Assembly: GCA_035541135.1 (NCBI GenBank)
Contig: DATKNW010000016.1
Span: 258,221-322,220 of the forward strand
Reading direction: 5' to 3'
Source of the DNA: Verrucomicrobiia bacterium
Lineage (GTDB): Bacteria; Verrucomicrobiota; Verrucomicrobiia; Palsa-1439
Length of the DNA: 64,000 nucleotides
The notes below the pieces were generated by a model. That model was not told where the DNA came from. It saw only the letters and a list, made by a program, of their open reading frames with translations, and made no database searches. Numbering within the stretch: position 1 is the stretch's first letter; every line of letters begins with the position of its first letter. Of the stretch, positions 37,512 to 47,071 are shown piece after piece. A program made the position numbers and the translations under genes.

Positions 37512-37686
37512 GCCAACCAATTGCTGGCAGGATGCCGGGTATGACAAAGAGTGTGGCGAAGGTACCAACTCTTGACACTAGACAAACGCGGGCATGCGCC
37601 AGCGGCTGGCCGAACTGGCCCGCAAAGCAAAAATGTCATGAATACAGGTCTGACCCCCGAAAATGAACAGGTCTGACCCCGGAAAT
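37512..37686 (+). mobile_element. Miniature gene-less derivative 2 of the RayT-like element
   Basis: Same left-arm/right-arm junction as derivative 1. It has two GGTCTGACC palindromes at its 3' end. Confidence 0.6.
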
Positions 37687-37717
37687 GCACATCGGGCTCA
37701 TCTGACCTCACTTTAGA

Positions 37718-38629
37718 ATGAAACTACGACGATACAGCCTAATAGTCACACGCATTCATATGAGTGGCGTGATGTGGCTTTTGATGTTGTTTTCTCTAAT
37801 CGTACCTGCCGTTTCGCAAAACGTTTTCTTGTCTGGAATTCTGAACCAATCCAACGGCATGGCTGTGATTTGCGTGGGAAACGGGAAAGCTAACGAACTT
37901 GTTCGCTTCAATGAATTAAGGCCTGCGCCAATTGATATAGATTGGACACGCAGCTTCATCGGCCTTCACGCAATTATGGTGCAGGATGATTATCTGTACT
38001 ATTATCTTCCTTCACATTCAACTGAATCCGGACATGGAGGAGCCATCTTCAGAAGGATGCCCGGCCGTGCGCCAGAGATGATTTGTGAAGTTCCATCGCT
38101 AAACTCTATTTGTAAGCGTCCTGGGATGCCCCAGATTGTGGCGGTCACGAAAGACAACCAAATAGCTGTCATAGATATGACAGCTCGATCTACTCGGATA
38201 TTCAACTTAGACCGACAATTTGCGTTTGCCTCGTGGACGCGAAACGGGAAGAAGATCGTCGCAAGCACTTCTCACAACGCTGAGATTGTATCAATAGATG
38301 TGGCATCCGGACAACTTGATATGGATCACCTAATAGACACACAGGCTACGATTAGGCGAGTCTACGCGATGACTAACGGCGTTGACTATCTGCTGCAATA
38401 CGGTTCCGATATATGTGTGTTCGCTTCCGATGTAAAATCATTAAGACGTGTAAAATCCAGTCGAATACCTTTGGTGAGTGATCTGTTGTACTGCGAGTCT
38501 AATGGCATGGTGTACGTTCTTGTTCCAGATGACAACGACGGGCGAACACTTGTTATTCTAGACCCGAACACTGGTAAAGGTACAAGGATCGTAAAGGGGG
38601 TGTTTGATGATGCTATAATTGGCGATTGA
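37718..38629 (+). CDS. Hypothetical secreted protein (possibly beta-propeller-like), strongly AT-rich gene
   Basis: Signal-like segment MWLLMLFSLIVPAVSQ. Local composition is far below the window average (one 60-nt line was counted at 23 G+C). Confidence 0.55.
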   Translation: MKLRRYSLIVTRIHMSGVMWLLMLFSLIVPAVSQNVFLSGILNQSNGMAVICVGNGKANELVRFNELRPAPIDIDWTRSFIGLHAIMVQDDYLYYYLPSHSTESGHGGAIFRRMPGRAPEMICEVPSLNSICKRPGMPQIVAVTKDNQIAVIDMTARSTRIFNLDRQFAFASWTRNGKKIVASTSHNAEIVSIDVASGQLDMDHLIDTQATIRRVYAMTNGVDYLLQYGSDICVFASDVKSLRRVKSSRIPLVSDLLYCESNGMVYVLVPDDNDGRTLVILDPNTGKGTRIVKGVFDDAIIGD

Positions 38630-38659
38630 GGCCGTTTCGGCAGCGCGTGAACTAGCAAA

Positions 38660-39750
38660 GACAAACACGAGGCGAGGGGGGTAACTCGTGACCTTTGCCA
38701 AACACGGGCATGCGCCAGTCGAAAACAGGGTCAGACCTGTATTCTTGACAAATTGAGCGTGGTGCGGTACCACGCGGACATGCCAAGACCGGTGCGCGTG
38801 GAATTTGCGGGAGCCGTCTACCATGTGATGGCGCGAGGCAACGAGCGCCGAGAGATCTTTCGCGACGAGACAGACCGGGGGCGGTTCTTGGAAGCCGTCG
38901 AGGAATCGGTCGAGCAGTTTGGGTTGCGGGTGCACGCCTATTGTCTGATGCCGAATCATTACCACGTCCTCGTGGAAACCCCGCGCGGGAACCTGAGTCA
39001 AGCCATGGCGTGGTTGCAGACGACGTACACCGTGCGGTTCAACCGACGGCATCGACGCAACGGGCATTTGTTTCAGGGCCGCTACAAGGCGCAGTTGGTC
39101 GAGGCCGACGGCTACGCGCAGGAGTTGGTGCGCTACATTCACCTGAACCCGGTGCGCTCGCGCGGCCGACCGTCGGTGATCGCGCCGGATCGCGCCGCGG
39201 AATTGGAGCGGTATCGGTGGAGCAGCCATCAGGACTACGCGGGCCGGCGCCGCGCTCCGGGGTGGCTGAGTACGCGCTGGCTCCGGTACTGGGGGCGGAC
39301 ACAGGCCGAGGCGCAACGCGAGTATCGCAAGTGGATGCGCAGCGCGTTTGGCGAGTCGGTGCCCAGTCCCTGGGAGAAAGTGCGCGGCGGGCTGGTGTTG
39401 GGAAGTGAACGGCTCTGGGAAACCGCGAAGAGAGCGCTGCGAGGCAAGCGGGGCCTGGAGGACAGGTTGTGGCTCCAGCAACATGACCAACGCGACGCGC
39501 GGGAACGCGTCCGCCAGTTGGCCGAACAGGAGAGTGACTGGCGGGTGCAACTATGGATGCGCGTCCGCTTGGGCGGGGAGAAGATGCTCGCGTTGGCCCG
39601 GGAACTAGGGTATCGCGATGGCAGCGGCGTCGCCCAGGTTATCAAACGGTTGGAACGAACGGCGCAGCAAGACGCGGGCCTGCGCCAGCGGCTGGCCGAA
39701 CTGGCCCGCAAAGCGAAAATGTCATGAATACAAGTCTGACCCCGGAAACA
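38660..39750 (+). mobile_element. Full-length RayT/IS200-like element bounded by inverted GGGTCAGACCTGTATTC / GAATACAAGTCTGACCC
   Basis: The inverted repeats lie at 38728-38744 and 39726-39742. The left arm is homologous to the left arms of the two miniature copies. Confidence 0.65.
38780..39727 (+). CDS. HUH Y1 transposase-like protein (REP-associated tyrosine transposase/IS200-like) with a C-terminal DnaA_C-like helix-turn-helix region
   Basis: YHVMARGNERREIF, the HUH motif PNHYHVLVE, and the tyrosine motif RYIHLNPVR. The C-terminus is LARELGYRDGSGVAQVIKRLER. Confidence 0.85.
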   Translation: MPRPVRVEFAGAVYHVMARGNERREIFRDETDRGRFLEAVEESVEQFGLRVHAYCLMPNHYHVLVETPRGNLSQAMAWLQTTYTVRFNRRHRRNGHLFQGRYKAQLVEADGYAQELVRYIHLNPVRSRGRPSVIAPDRAAELERYRWSSHQDYAGRRRAPGWLSTRWLRYWGRTQAEAQREYRKWMRSAFGESVPSPWEKVRGGLVLGSERLWETAKRALRGKRGLEDRLWLQQHDQRDARERVRQLAEQESDWRVQLWMRVRLGGEKMLALARELGYRDGSGVAQVIKRLERTAQQDAGLRQRLAELARKAKMS

Positions 39751-39805
39751 CTGCGCCACGCCGAAGCCCGAGCCGCATCAGCCCCGTGAACCGCCGCCGC
39801 GTTCA

Positions 39806-39911
39806 GATCACGCTGACGATCTCCGTTGACATTGCCCCAGAACGCGCCAAGATGCCAGCCATGGCGCGGCGTACCGAGGATCTGTCGTGGTCAGGAGTCG
39901 ACCCTGATACT
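39806..39911 (+). repeat. Island repeat family 2, copy c (diverged)
   Basis: Collinear with copy a from ..ATCTCCGTTGACAT to CCCTGATACT. It ends 44 nt before the fucosidase start. Confidence 0.7.
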
Positions 39912-39958
39912 ACAATGTGACCCGAGTTCTTGCGCATGGCCCGTAAAGCGAGATTGTG

Positions 39959-41248
39959 ATGGGAGTCGTGAGAGTGAGGCGAATCTGGATGGCGTTTCTA
40001 ATGGGCATCGTCGGAACAGCGGTGGGGGACGACCGCTTGGCTTGGTGGCGCGAGGCGCGGTTTGGCATGTTTATTCACTGGGGCTTGTACGCCATTCCCG
40101 GCCGCGGCGAGTGGGTGCAGTGGAACGAGCAGATCCCCGTCGAGGAATACGCCAAGCTGGCGGACCAGTTTCATCCGACGAATTTCAACGCCGACGCGTG
40201 GGCCGAGATCGCCAAGTCCGCCGGCATGAAATACATGGTGCTGACGACGCGACACCACGATGGGTTCTGCCTGTTCGACAGCCAGGCGAGCGAGTTCAAG
40301 GCGCGCCGGGATTACGTTGCCGACTTTGTCAGGGCCACGCGCGCCGCAGGGCTGCGAGTCGGGTTCTACTATTCGCCGCTGGACTGGCGATTCCCGGGAT
40401 TCTTCTTTCCCGACCTGTACCGCCAAAGCGCCGAGGCGATGCGCGAGCAGTATCACCGGCAGATGAAAGAGCTGCTGTCGAATTACGGGACGCTGGACGT
40501 GATTTGGTTTGACGGCGGCGAGGCCGACTGGCTGAACTTCGGCGGCGAATGGCGCGGCGCGCAATGGCAAAGACGCTTGAGCAATCAGCACTACAAGGCC
40601 GGTTTTGATTGGCAGCACGATCAGGTGTACGCGATGCTGCGGCAACTCCAGCCGCAGGTGGTCATCAACGGCCGCGCCGACATGCCCGAAGATTTCCACT
40701 CGCGCGAAGGCGATGGCGCGCTCGGCAATTTCGACAACGAACATCCGTGGGAGATTTGCACAACGATCGTCTCGGGTCCGTGGGGCTGGAAACCCGACGC
40801 GCCCGTCAAACCACTGCGTGAGCTTCTGCATTTGCTCGTGGGCGCGGCCGGCCGCGACGGAAACCTGCTCCTGAATGTCGGCCCGCGTCCCGACGGCGAG
40901 ATTGATCCACCCCAGGCGCAGCGGTTGCGCGAAATCGGCGCGTGGCTTGCCCGGCACGGCGACAGCATCTACGGCACACGAGGTGGCCCGTTCCTGCCCG
41001 GAGAGTACGGGGTCTCCACGCATCGCGGCACCTTCATTTACCTGCACGTGCTGAATTGGTCCGGCGACACGCTGCATCTGCCGGCAGTAAAGCCGAAGGT
41101 ACTCCGCGCCTCCGCCGCGACGTTCACACAGACCGAACGAGGCATCGACATTTCCGTGCCGCCGGCGCAACGCGACGAACTCGATACAGTCGTCGCCTTG
41201 GAACTCGATCAGCCCGCGGAGAGCATTCCCCTGGCCGAAGTCAAGTGA
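39959..41248 (+). CDS. Alpha-L-fucosidase (GH29)
   Basis: WWREARFGMFIHWGLYAIPG and MKYMVLTTRHHDGFCLFDS, with a signal-like N-terminus. Confidence 0.9.
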   Translation: MGVVRVRRIWMAFLMGIVGTAVGDDRLAWWREARFGMFIHWGLYAIPGRGEWVQWNEQIPVEEYAKLADQFHPTNFNADAWAEIAKSAGMKYMVLTTRHHDGFCLFDSQASEFKARRDYVADFVRATRAAGLRVGFYYSPLDWRFPGFFFPDLYRQSAEAMREQYHRQMKELLSNYGTLDVIWFDGGEADWLNFGGEWRGAQWQRRLSNQHYKAGFDWQHDQVYAMLRQLQPQVVINGRADMPEDFHSREGDGALGNFDNEHPWEICTTIVSGPWGWKPDAPVKPLRELLHLLVGAAGRDGNLLLNVGPRPDGEIDPPQAQRLREIGAWLARHGDSIYGTRGGPFLPGEYGVSTHRGTFIYLHVLNWSGDTLHLPAVKPKVLRASAATFTQTERGIDISVPPAQRDELDTVVALELDQPAESIPLAEVK

Positions 41249-41459
41249 AGCACGATGGAGCCGGGCTCAACCCCTGGCGCTTGACACTCTGTGTGAGAAC
41301 AGTGCGGGCTGTCGGTGAATGTGTGGCGCGAAGTGGGGCCCGCCGGCCAGTTCGCGCAACCGGTCAAGCCTTGCGCCGGGTCTTCCCTTGCTGCGGACGG
41401 CTTGACGGGGGAGCGACATTCCACTAGCTTCGCCGAAACGTACAGGAGCGTATCCGACT

Positions 41460-42665
41460 TTGTTCTCCCGCAAATCCAAACCCATCATTGACCGCTGCGA
41501 GGCGGACGTGAATACGCGGCTGCGGCTGAAGTATGCGCCGTATTACCGCGTCGTCGATTCGGCCGACGGCGTCAACATCGTCGTGGAAGGCCGGCCGATG
41601 GTGATGATGTCGACCAACGAATACCTCGGCTTGGCCCGGCACCCGAAGGTGATCGCCGCGGCGAAGCGCGCCCTGGACGAATGGGGCGCGAGCGCCTGCG
41701 GGTCGCGCCTGGCCAACGGCAGCCGCGCCTATCACATCGAGTTGGAGGGAGCGCTGGCGGCATTCCTCGGCAAGGAAGCCTGCCACGTCACGTCAGCGGG
41801 TTATCTGGCCTGTATCTGCAGCCTGAGTTCGCTGGTTCAGCGCGGCGACGTGCTGCTGGTGGACCCGAGCATCCACTCCTCGCTCTGGGACGGCGCGCTG
41901 CTCAGCGGCGCGAAGATCGAACGGTTCGCCCACGAGGACATGGAATCGCTGGCGAAGACGCTCGAACATCTCGACCCCAAACAGGCGAAGGCGATCGCGG
42001 TGGACGGCGTGTACTCGATGGAAGGCCACATCGCCTCGCTGCCCCGATTGTGCGATCTGGCCGAGCAACACGGAGCGGTGGTGGTGGTGGATGACGCGCA
42101 CGGGTTTGGGGTTCTCGGCCGCGACGGGCGCGGCGTGTGCGATCATCTGGGCGTGACCGAGCGGGTGGACCTGATCGCGGGAAGTTTTTCCAAATCGCTG
42201 GCGAGCACGGGCGGGTTTGTGGCGGGCAGCAAAGCGATGATCGAGTATCTGCGGAGCAGTTCGCGTCAGATTATCTTCAGCGCGGCCATCAGTCCGGCGG
42301 CGGCGGCCAGCGCGCTGGCGGCGTTGCAGGTGATGCAGGAGGAACCGCAACATCGCGAGCGGCTCTGGGCCAACCACCGTTACCTGCGCGGCATTCTCGA
42401 CGGCCTCGGCCTCGATTACTGGCAGAGTCCGACGCCGGCCCTGCCGATCGTCGTCGGCGACAAGGAGAAATGCTACTGGATGTGGAAGACGCTCTGGGAC
42501 GAGGGCTTCTTCACCGTGATGTCGATTGCCCCGGGCGTCCCGGCGGGCAAGGACCTGATCCGTTCCGCCGTCACCGCGCTGCATACGCGCGAGCAACTGG
42601 ATCGATTCGGGGACGCGCTCAAGCTCGCCATGAAGAAAGCGGATCTGAAACCGAAGCGCGCATAG
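41460..42665 (+). CDS. PLP-dependent alpha-oxoamine synthase family protein (BioF/Kbl/serine palmitoyltransferase-like)
   Basis: STNEYLGLARHP, VDDAHGFGVLG and the PLP lysine in SFSKSLAS. TTG start. Confidence 0.85.
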   Translation: MFSRKSKPIIDRCEADVNTRLRLKYAPYYRVVDSADGVNIVVEGRPMVMMSTNEYLGLARHPKVIAAAKRALDEWGASACGSRLANGSRAYHIELEGALAAFLGKEACHVTSAGYLACICSLSSLVQRGDVLLVDPSIHSSLWDGALLSGAKIERFAHEDMESLAKTLEHLDPKQAKAIAVDGVYSMEGHIASLPRLCDLAEQHGAVVVVDDAHGFGVLGRDGRGVCDHLGVTERVDLIAGSFSKSLASTGGFVAGSKAMIEYLRSSSRQIIFSAAISPAAAASALAALQVMQEEPQHRERLWANHRYLRGILDGLGLDYWQSPTPALPIVVGDKEKCYWMWKTLWDEGFFTVMSIAPGVPAGKDLIRSAVTALHTREQLDRFGDALKLAMKKADLKPKRA

Positions 42666-42721
42666 GTCGTCCCGACCCGATGCGGCGGGGGGAGAGCCCT
42701 TGCGCGTCTTCCGGCTTGGTT

Positions 42722-42750
42722 GCCGGCAGTGCGTCATCCGCACTGCCGGC
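42722..42750 (+). terminator. Stem-loop: 12-bp perfect stem GCCGGCAGTGCG/CGCACTGCCGGC with a 5-nt loop
   Basis: Located 57 nt after the 42665 stop in a convergent intergenic region. There is no U-tract. Confidence 0.45.
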
Positions 42751-43156
42751 CGCCGGCTCGCCTTCACCTGCGACCTCTACTCGAAATCGATGCGAGACGG
42801 GCGCTTCATCCGCCACCCGTGACGGTTGGAGAAATAGGAGAAGGGGCAACGGGAACGGGGTGAGGGGAGCCGTTGCCCCTGGATACTGGAAAGTCATATG
42901 CCCACCGACGGCCATGTCGCGACAGTCGGCTGGTCCATCGGCCACCGCTGCGCCGTTGTGAACGGCCCGACGCGGGCCGATGGTTTTCGCCGTAATGGAA
43001 TCGGGTTGCCGTTGGAATGAAAGAGGCCGACGCCCGGCATGGAGGGAGGGTAGACCGGGCGTCAGTGAGGGGAAGCCCCAAAAGTAACATGTGTCGCTTC
43101 ATCGGCGTCATGGTTCCTACCACGCCGATTACCTAAGCACGTCCGGGTACGGTGGG

Positions 43157-44050
43157 CTACGCCCGGTTTGACAAATCCTTTGCTTGGATTGACCGCGCTT
43201 GGCGCTCCCGAAATTCCGAGGGCGAGCAACCGACGTGGCGGCGGAAGGCGCGGTTGAAATAGGGAATCGAGTCGAACCCCGCCTCGTAGGCCGCTTCACT
43301 CACCCGCCGGCTGGGGTCCAGCAACAGCCGTTTGGCGGTCTCGACGCGCATCTGGGTGCGATACTCGGTGAATGTCAGCCCCGTCTGTTTGCGGAACAGC
43401 TTGCAGAAATAACAGGGGCTGATGTGCAGGCGCTCGGCCAGCTCGCGCACGCTCAGCGCCTGGTCGGACGGCGCGACCATGTGCGCCTCGATCTTTTGCA
43501 ACAGCGGTGATTGTTGCGCGGCTTCGTGGAGCAACAACCGTTGTCCGCACTCGGCCAGGTACTGCGCAAACATCTCCAGCAGCGTCTCGACCGCCCGCAG
43601 TTTATCAGGTGTGATCGTGGAGCAAGCGTCCCAACTCGCCTTCGCGCCGTTGGCTTTTGATCCGAGTCCGCCGGCTTTCAACTGACTCATCAGCCGTCGG
43701 CGTTTGGATCCGTTCAGCGGGCCGACGTGAAACGGGCCGGCCAACAGACTGCCCACATGCCGTCCGCTGATGATCACCGGCATCAGTATTTTCCTCAATC
43801 CGATGGGACAGTTGAATTGATTGGCGCGGCTTGTGCGGGCGGCGTTGTGTTCCGCGGTCACCAGGGAACACTGGCACACTTTGCTGCCTTGAGGACCCAC
43901 GCAGCCGTTCACGCAAAACGCCGATGGCACCGGTGCCGTGGCTCCGTCGGTCGCGGGCAACAACGTCAGCGGCAGTCCGGTCGCGCACGCAAACGCGACT
44001 TGCTGTCGGCGCACCGCATCCGATTCAGTAAGTTGCTTCCAGATGTCCAT
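43157..44050 (-). CDS. AraC-family transcriptional regulator with an N-terminal PocR sensory domain
   Basis: PocR-like Cys-rich block FCVNGC..C.C..FNCPIGL...PVIISGRHVGSLLAGPF. C-terminal AraC HTH (YFCKLFRKQTGLTFTEYR, GFDSIPYFNRAFRR). Confidence 0.8.
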   Translation of the reverse strand: MDIWKQLTESDAVRRQQVAFACATGLPLTLLPATDGATAPVPSAFCVNGCVGPQGSKVCQCSLVTAEHNAARTSRANQFNCPIGLRKILMPVIISGRHVGSLLAGPFHVGPLNGSKRRRLMSQLKAGGLGSKANGAKASWDACSTITPDKLRAVETLLEMFAQYLAECGQRLLLHEAAQQSPLLQKIEAHMVAPSDQALSVRELAERLHISPCYFCKLFRKQTGLTFTEYRTQMRVETAKRLLLDPSRRVSEAAYEAGFDSIPYFNRAFRRHVGCSPSEFRERQARSIQAKDLSNRA

Positions 44051-44324
44051 CGATCCTGATCCCTGTGTCCCAATTGCGCTCGTCACCACACCTCTTCCGC
44101 GAGGCGACAAAGCCACGAAGATTCAGCAGTGGCGGTGCCATTTTGTCGCTAACTGGCGCAACCAATTGCGCCGCAAACGAATACCAAGCAAATTCGTTTG
44201 GTGTTTGGGAGTTTCTGGCCTGACGTTTTGACGGAATAGCCGAGATCGGCTCGACAAGTTGTCGGCCCGCGCACAGCCATTACATAATGTGGCACGCCCG
44301 CCGTTGACGGCCCGCAGTCAGCCG

Positions 44325-44810
44325 TCAGGGGGCAACGCGGGCGGTAGCAGGGGTTTTGGATCGCGAAACCATCTCGATCAGCTTCAGCTTTCGCGGTTCG
44401 ACGTCCCACTGGTCGATCAGGATCAGTTCTTTGGACCGAAGATCAAACCGCCATGCCTGTTCGACCGTCTTCACGAATCCACCCGTCCGAAAGGCTGGCA
44501 GGTGGCGGACGATGGAAAACTCGACGCCGACCGGGGTCTTCTTCCAGGACGTTCCGCGTTCTTCGATCTTGGCCTGCGAAAGTCTCTGCGGCACGCCGCC
44601 CGCCGGGAAAAGGCCTTCGACGTGGCGGCTGAACAAATTCTTGAACTCGTTGGTCGGCTCGGTCGTGCCGGCCCAGGCCGCGTAGGCATTGAGGAACGCC
44701 TGTTCCAGGGCAGGGAAGTAGTGTTCGCCACAGTGGAATCTTCCGAGTACCTCCCAATCCAGACCGGCCCATCGCCCGCAATCGGGCCATTGACAGCGCC
44801 TGTCGCTCAT
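44325..44810 (-). CDS. Hypothetical protein with an N-terminal Cys/His cluster
   Basis: The start at 44810 is preceded by GGAGGTGGTA. Cys/His cluster: CQWPDCG...HCGEH. Confidence 0.55.
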   Translation of the reverse strand: MSDRRCQWPDCGRWAGLDWEVLGRFHCGEHYFPALEQAFLNAYAAWAGTTEPTNEFKNLFSRHVEGLFPAGGVPQRLSQAKIEERGTSWKKTPVGVEFSIVRHLPAFRTGGFVKTVEQAWRFDLRSKELILIDQWDVEPRKLKLIEMVSRSKTPATARVAP

Positions 44811-44956
44811 TACCACCTCCATGGTTCGACGCGGCGGAGAATAAACCCTCGCCGCCACGCCGTGCAATCGGAATGTGACGGCCGCTCGTCGGGCAGACGG
44901 TGCCGTGGCAGGAAACGCTCGCCGCGCGTCGCGGGCTCGGCTAGACTCTCGGCCTG

Positions 44957-47071
44957 TTGAAACCGCGTCAGTTCATCCCGGTGCTGATCGTCGCCGCTGG
45001 CATTTGGGCGTACCACAACAGCTTGCGCGGGCCCTTCATCTTTGATGACGTCCCGTCGATCCTCGAGAATCCCCACATCCATCACTGGTGGTCGATCCGC
45101 GATGCCCTGTTCGTCTCCCCGCATCTGCCGGTGCAAGGACGTCCGGTCGAAGTTGTGACACTCGCGGTGAATTATGCGTGGGATGGCCTGAATGTCCGCG
45201 GCTATCACGCGGTCAATCTGATGCTGCACATCGCGTCCGCTCTCCTCCTGTTCACGCTGCTGCGGCGCACATTCGAGGACGAAACGCTTGGCGATCGATT
45301 CGGCCCCGCTGGTGTTTGGCTGGCCGCCGTGATTGCGCTCATTTGGGAGGTGCACCCGCTGCAGACGGAGAGCGTCACCTATGTCGTTCAGCGGTCGGAA
45401 TTGCTGATGGGGCTGTTCCTGCTGCTGACGTTGTATTGTACGGGGCGCGGTTCCCGGTCGTCGCGGCCCGGCGCGTGGTACGTGGCCGCCGTCGTCTTCT
45501 GCGCCTTGGGCATGGGAAGCAAGGAGGTCATGGTTGGTGCGCCGTTGATTGTATGGCTGTATGACCGCGTCTTCCTGTCGTCGTCGGTTCGCGAATTGTG
45601 GCGGCAACGTGGCCGCCTGTACGCCGGCCTGGCCGCCACCTGGGTCATGTTGGCCATCCTGGTGGCGAGGACGATTCATCCCGCAACCAACTTTGCGATT
45701 CCGGGACTGTCGGCGTGGGACTACTTGAAAACGGAAGCCGGCGTGATTGCGTATTATCTGCGCCTCTGCTTCTGGCCCCGGCCGTTGGTTCTCGATTATT
45801 ACGACTGGCCGATTGCCTGGTCGCTCAGCGACATCCTCGTGCCCGCCGTCGTCGTGCTGGGTCTGCTGGCCGCAACGGTATGGGCATTCCGTCGCCAGCC
45901 TCGGCTCGGGTTCCTGGGCGCGTGGTTTTTCCTCATTTTGGCGCCCACGTCGAGTTTCCTGCCCAACTTCGGCGAGGTGGCTGCCGAACGACGCATGTAC
46001 CTGCCGCTGGCATCCGTGGTCACGTTGACCGTGCTCGGCGCGTATGCGCTCGGGAAACGGTTGTTCAGCAAACCGCAAGGTGTCGCGCTTGCATCCGTCG
46101 CGGGCGGGGCCGTGGTGGTGCTGCTCACAATCCTGACGATCCAGCGCAATCAGGACTACGCCTCGGCCTTGGCCATCTGGCAGGATACCGTGGAAAAACG
46201 CCCGAACAATCCCCGCGCCCACAGTAATCTCGGGTACATCCTGGCCCACGCGGGGCGAACACAGGAGGCCATCGACCAGTACGAGCAGGCCCTGCGGATC
46301 GACCCCAATTACGCCCTCGCGCATAACAATCTCGGCAATACACTGGCCCGCGAAGGCCGAACGCAAGAGGCGGTCGAGCATCTCGAGCAGGCGTTGCGGA
46401 TCAATCCCGATGACGCGAACACGCACAACGATTTTGGGGATGCCTTGCTCCAGGCTGGCCGCGGGCCGGCCGCGATCGATCAGTACGAGCAGGCGTTGCG
46501 ACTCGACCCGGGCTTCGCCGAGGCGCACTACAACCTCGCCGTCGCGCTACAGAAAGCGGGCGATCTGCCGGGAGCGATCGGCCATTACGAACAGGCGTTA
46601 CGCATCAAACCCGATTACGCCGAGGCTCAGGACAATCTGGGGTTGGCCCTTGCCCGCACGGGCCGGACGCAGGAGGCGGTCGAGCATCTCCAACAGGCGT
46701 TGCGGCTCAAGCCCGGTGATGCCGCCTTTCACAACAACCTGGGCAATGTCCTCACCCGCGCGGGCCGGATGCCGGAAGCGATTGCCCAGTACCAGCAGGC
46801 GTTGCGGCTCAAACCGAGCGACGCGGCGGCGCACAACAACCTCGGAAACGCGCTGCTGGCGACGGGCGACGCGGCCGGAGCGGTCGCGGAATTCGAGCAG
46901 GTACTGCGGCTCAAGCCCGATTTCGCCGAGACGCACTACAATCTGGGCGCGGCGCTGGAAAAGCTTGGCCGCCCTTCGGAAGCCATCCCGCATTACAAAG
47001 AGGCCCTGCGCATCAAGCCCGATTTCGCCCCGGCCCGGGGCGCCCTGGCGCGAGCGCAAAGTGCCCCGTGA
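44957..47071 (+). CDS. TMTC-like protein: N-terminal GT-C membrane domain fused to C-terminal TPR repeats
   Basis: N-terminal loop FIFDDVPSILENPHI and about 10 TM helices. Roughly 8 34-aa TPR units follow (..A.....AL...P..A.AH.NLG..L...G...EA...). Confidence 0.85.
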   Translation: MKPRQFIPVLIVAAGIWAYHNSLRGPFIFDDVPSILENPHIHHWWSIRDALFVSPHLPVQGRPVEVVTLAVNYAWDGLNVRGYHAVNLMLHIASALLLFTLLRRTFEDETLGDRFGPAGVWLAAVIALIWEVHPLQTESVTYVVQRSELLMGLFLLLTLYCTGRGSRSSRPGAWYVAAVVFCALGMGSKEVMVGAPLIVWLYDRVFLSSSVRELWRQRGRLYAGLAATWVMLAILVARTIHPATNFAIPGLSAWDYLKTEAGVIAYYLRLCFWPRPLVLDYYDWPIAWSLSDILVPAVVVLGLLAATVWAFRRQPRLGFLGAWFFLILAPTSSFLPNFGEVAAERRMYLPLASVVTLTVLGAYALGKRLFSKPQGVALASVAGGAVVVLLTILTIQRNQDYASALAIWQDTVEKRPNNPRAHSNLGYILAHAGRTQEAIDQYEQALRIDPNYALAHNNLGNTLAREGRTQEAVEHLEQALRINPDDANTHNDFGDALLQAGRGPAAIDQYEQALRLDPGFAEAHYNLAVALQKAGDLPGAIGHYEQALRIKPDYAEAQDNLGLALARTGRTQEAVEHLQQALRLKPGDAAFHNNLGNVLTRAGRMPEAIAQYQQALRLKPSDAAAHNNLGNALLATGDAAGAVAEFEQVLRLKPDFAETHYNLGAALEKLGRPSEAIPHYKEALRIKPDFAPARGALARAQSAP

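Noticed and set aside
36121-39911. Classical integron
   Set aside because: There is no IntI-type tyrosine recombinase or attI. The repeats do not have the R''-L''/L'-R' attC layout. The associated enzyme is an HUH transposase. The cassette-like pattern is therefore kept only as an observation.
42843-43064. Additional hairpins (GGGGCAACGG..CCGTTGCCCC at 42843-42879; GACGCCCGG..CCGGGCGTC at 43028-43060) as a possible sRNA
   Set aside because: They lie in a convergent intergenic region where terminator-like structures for both genes are expected. No promoter or conservation evidence is available from the sequence alone.
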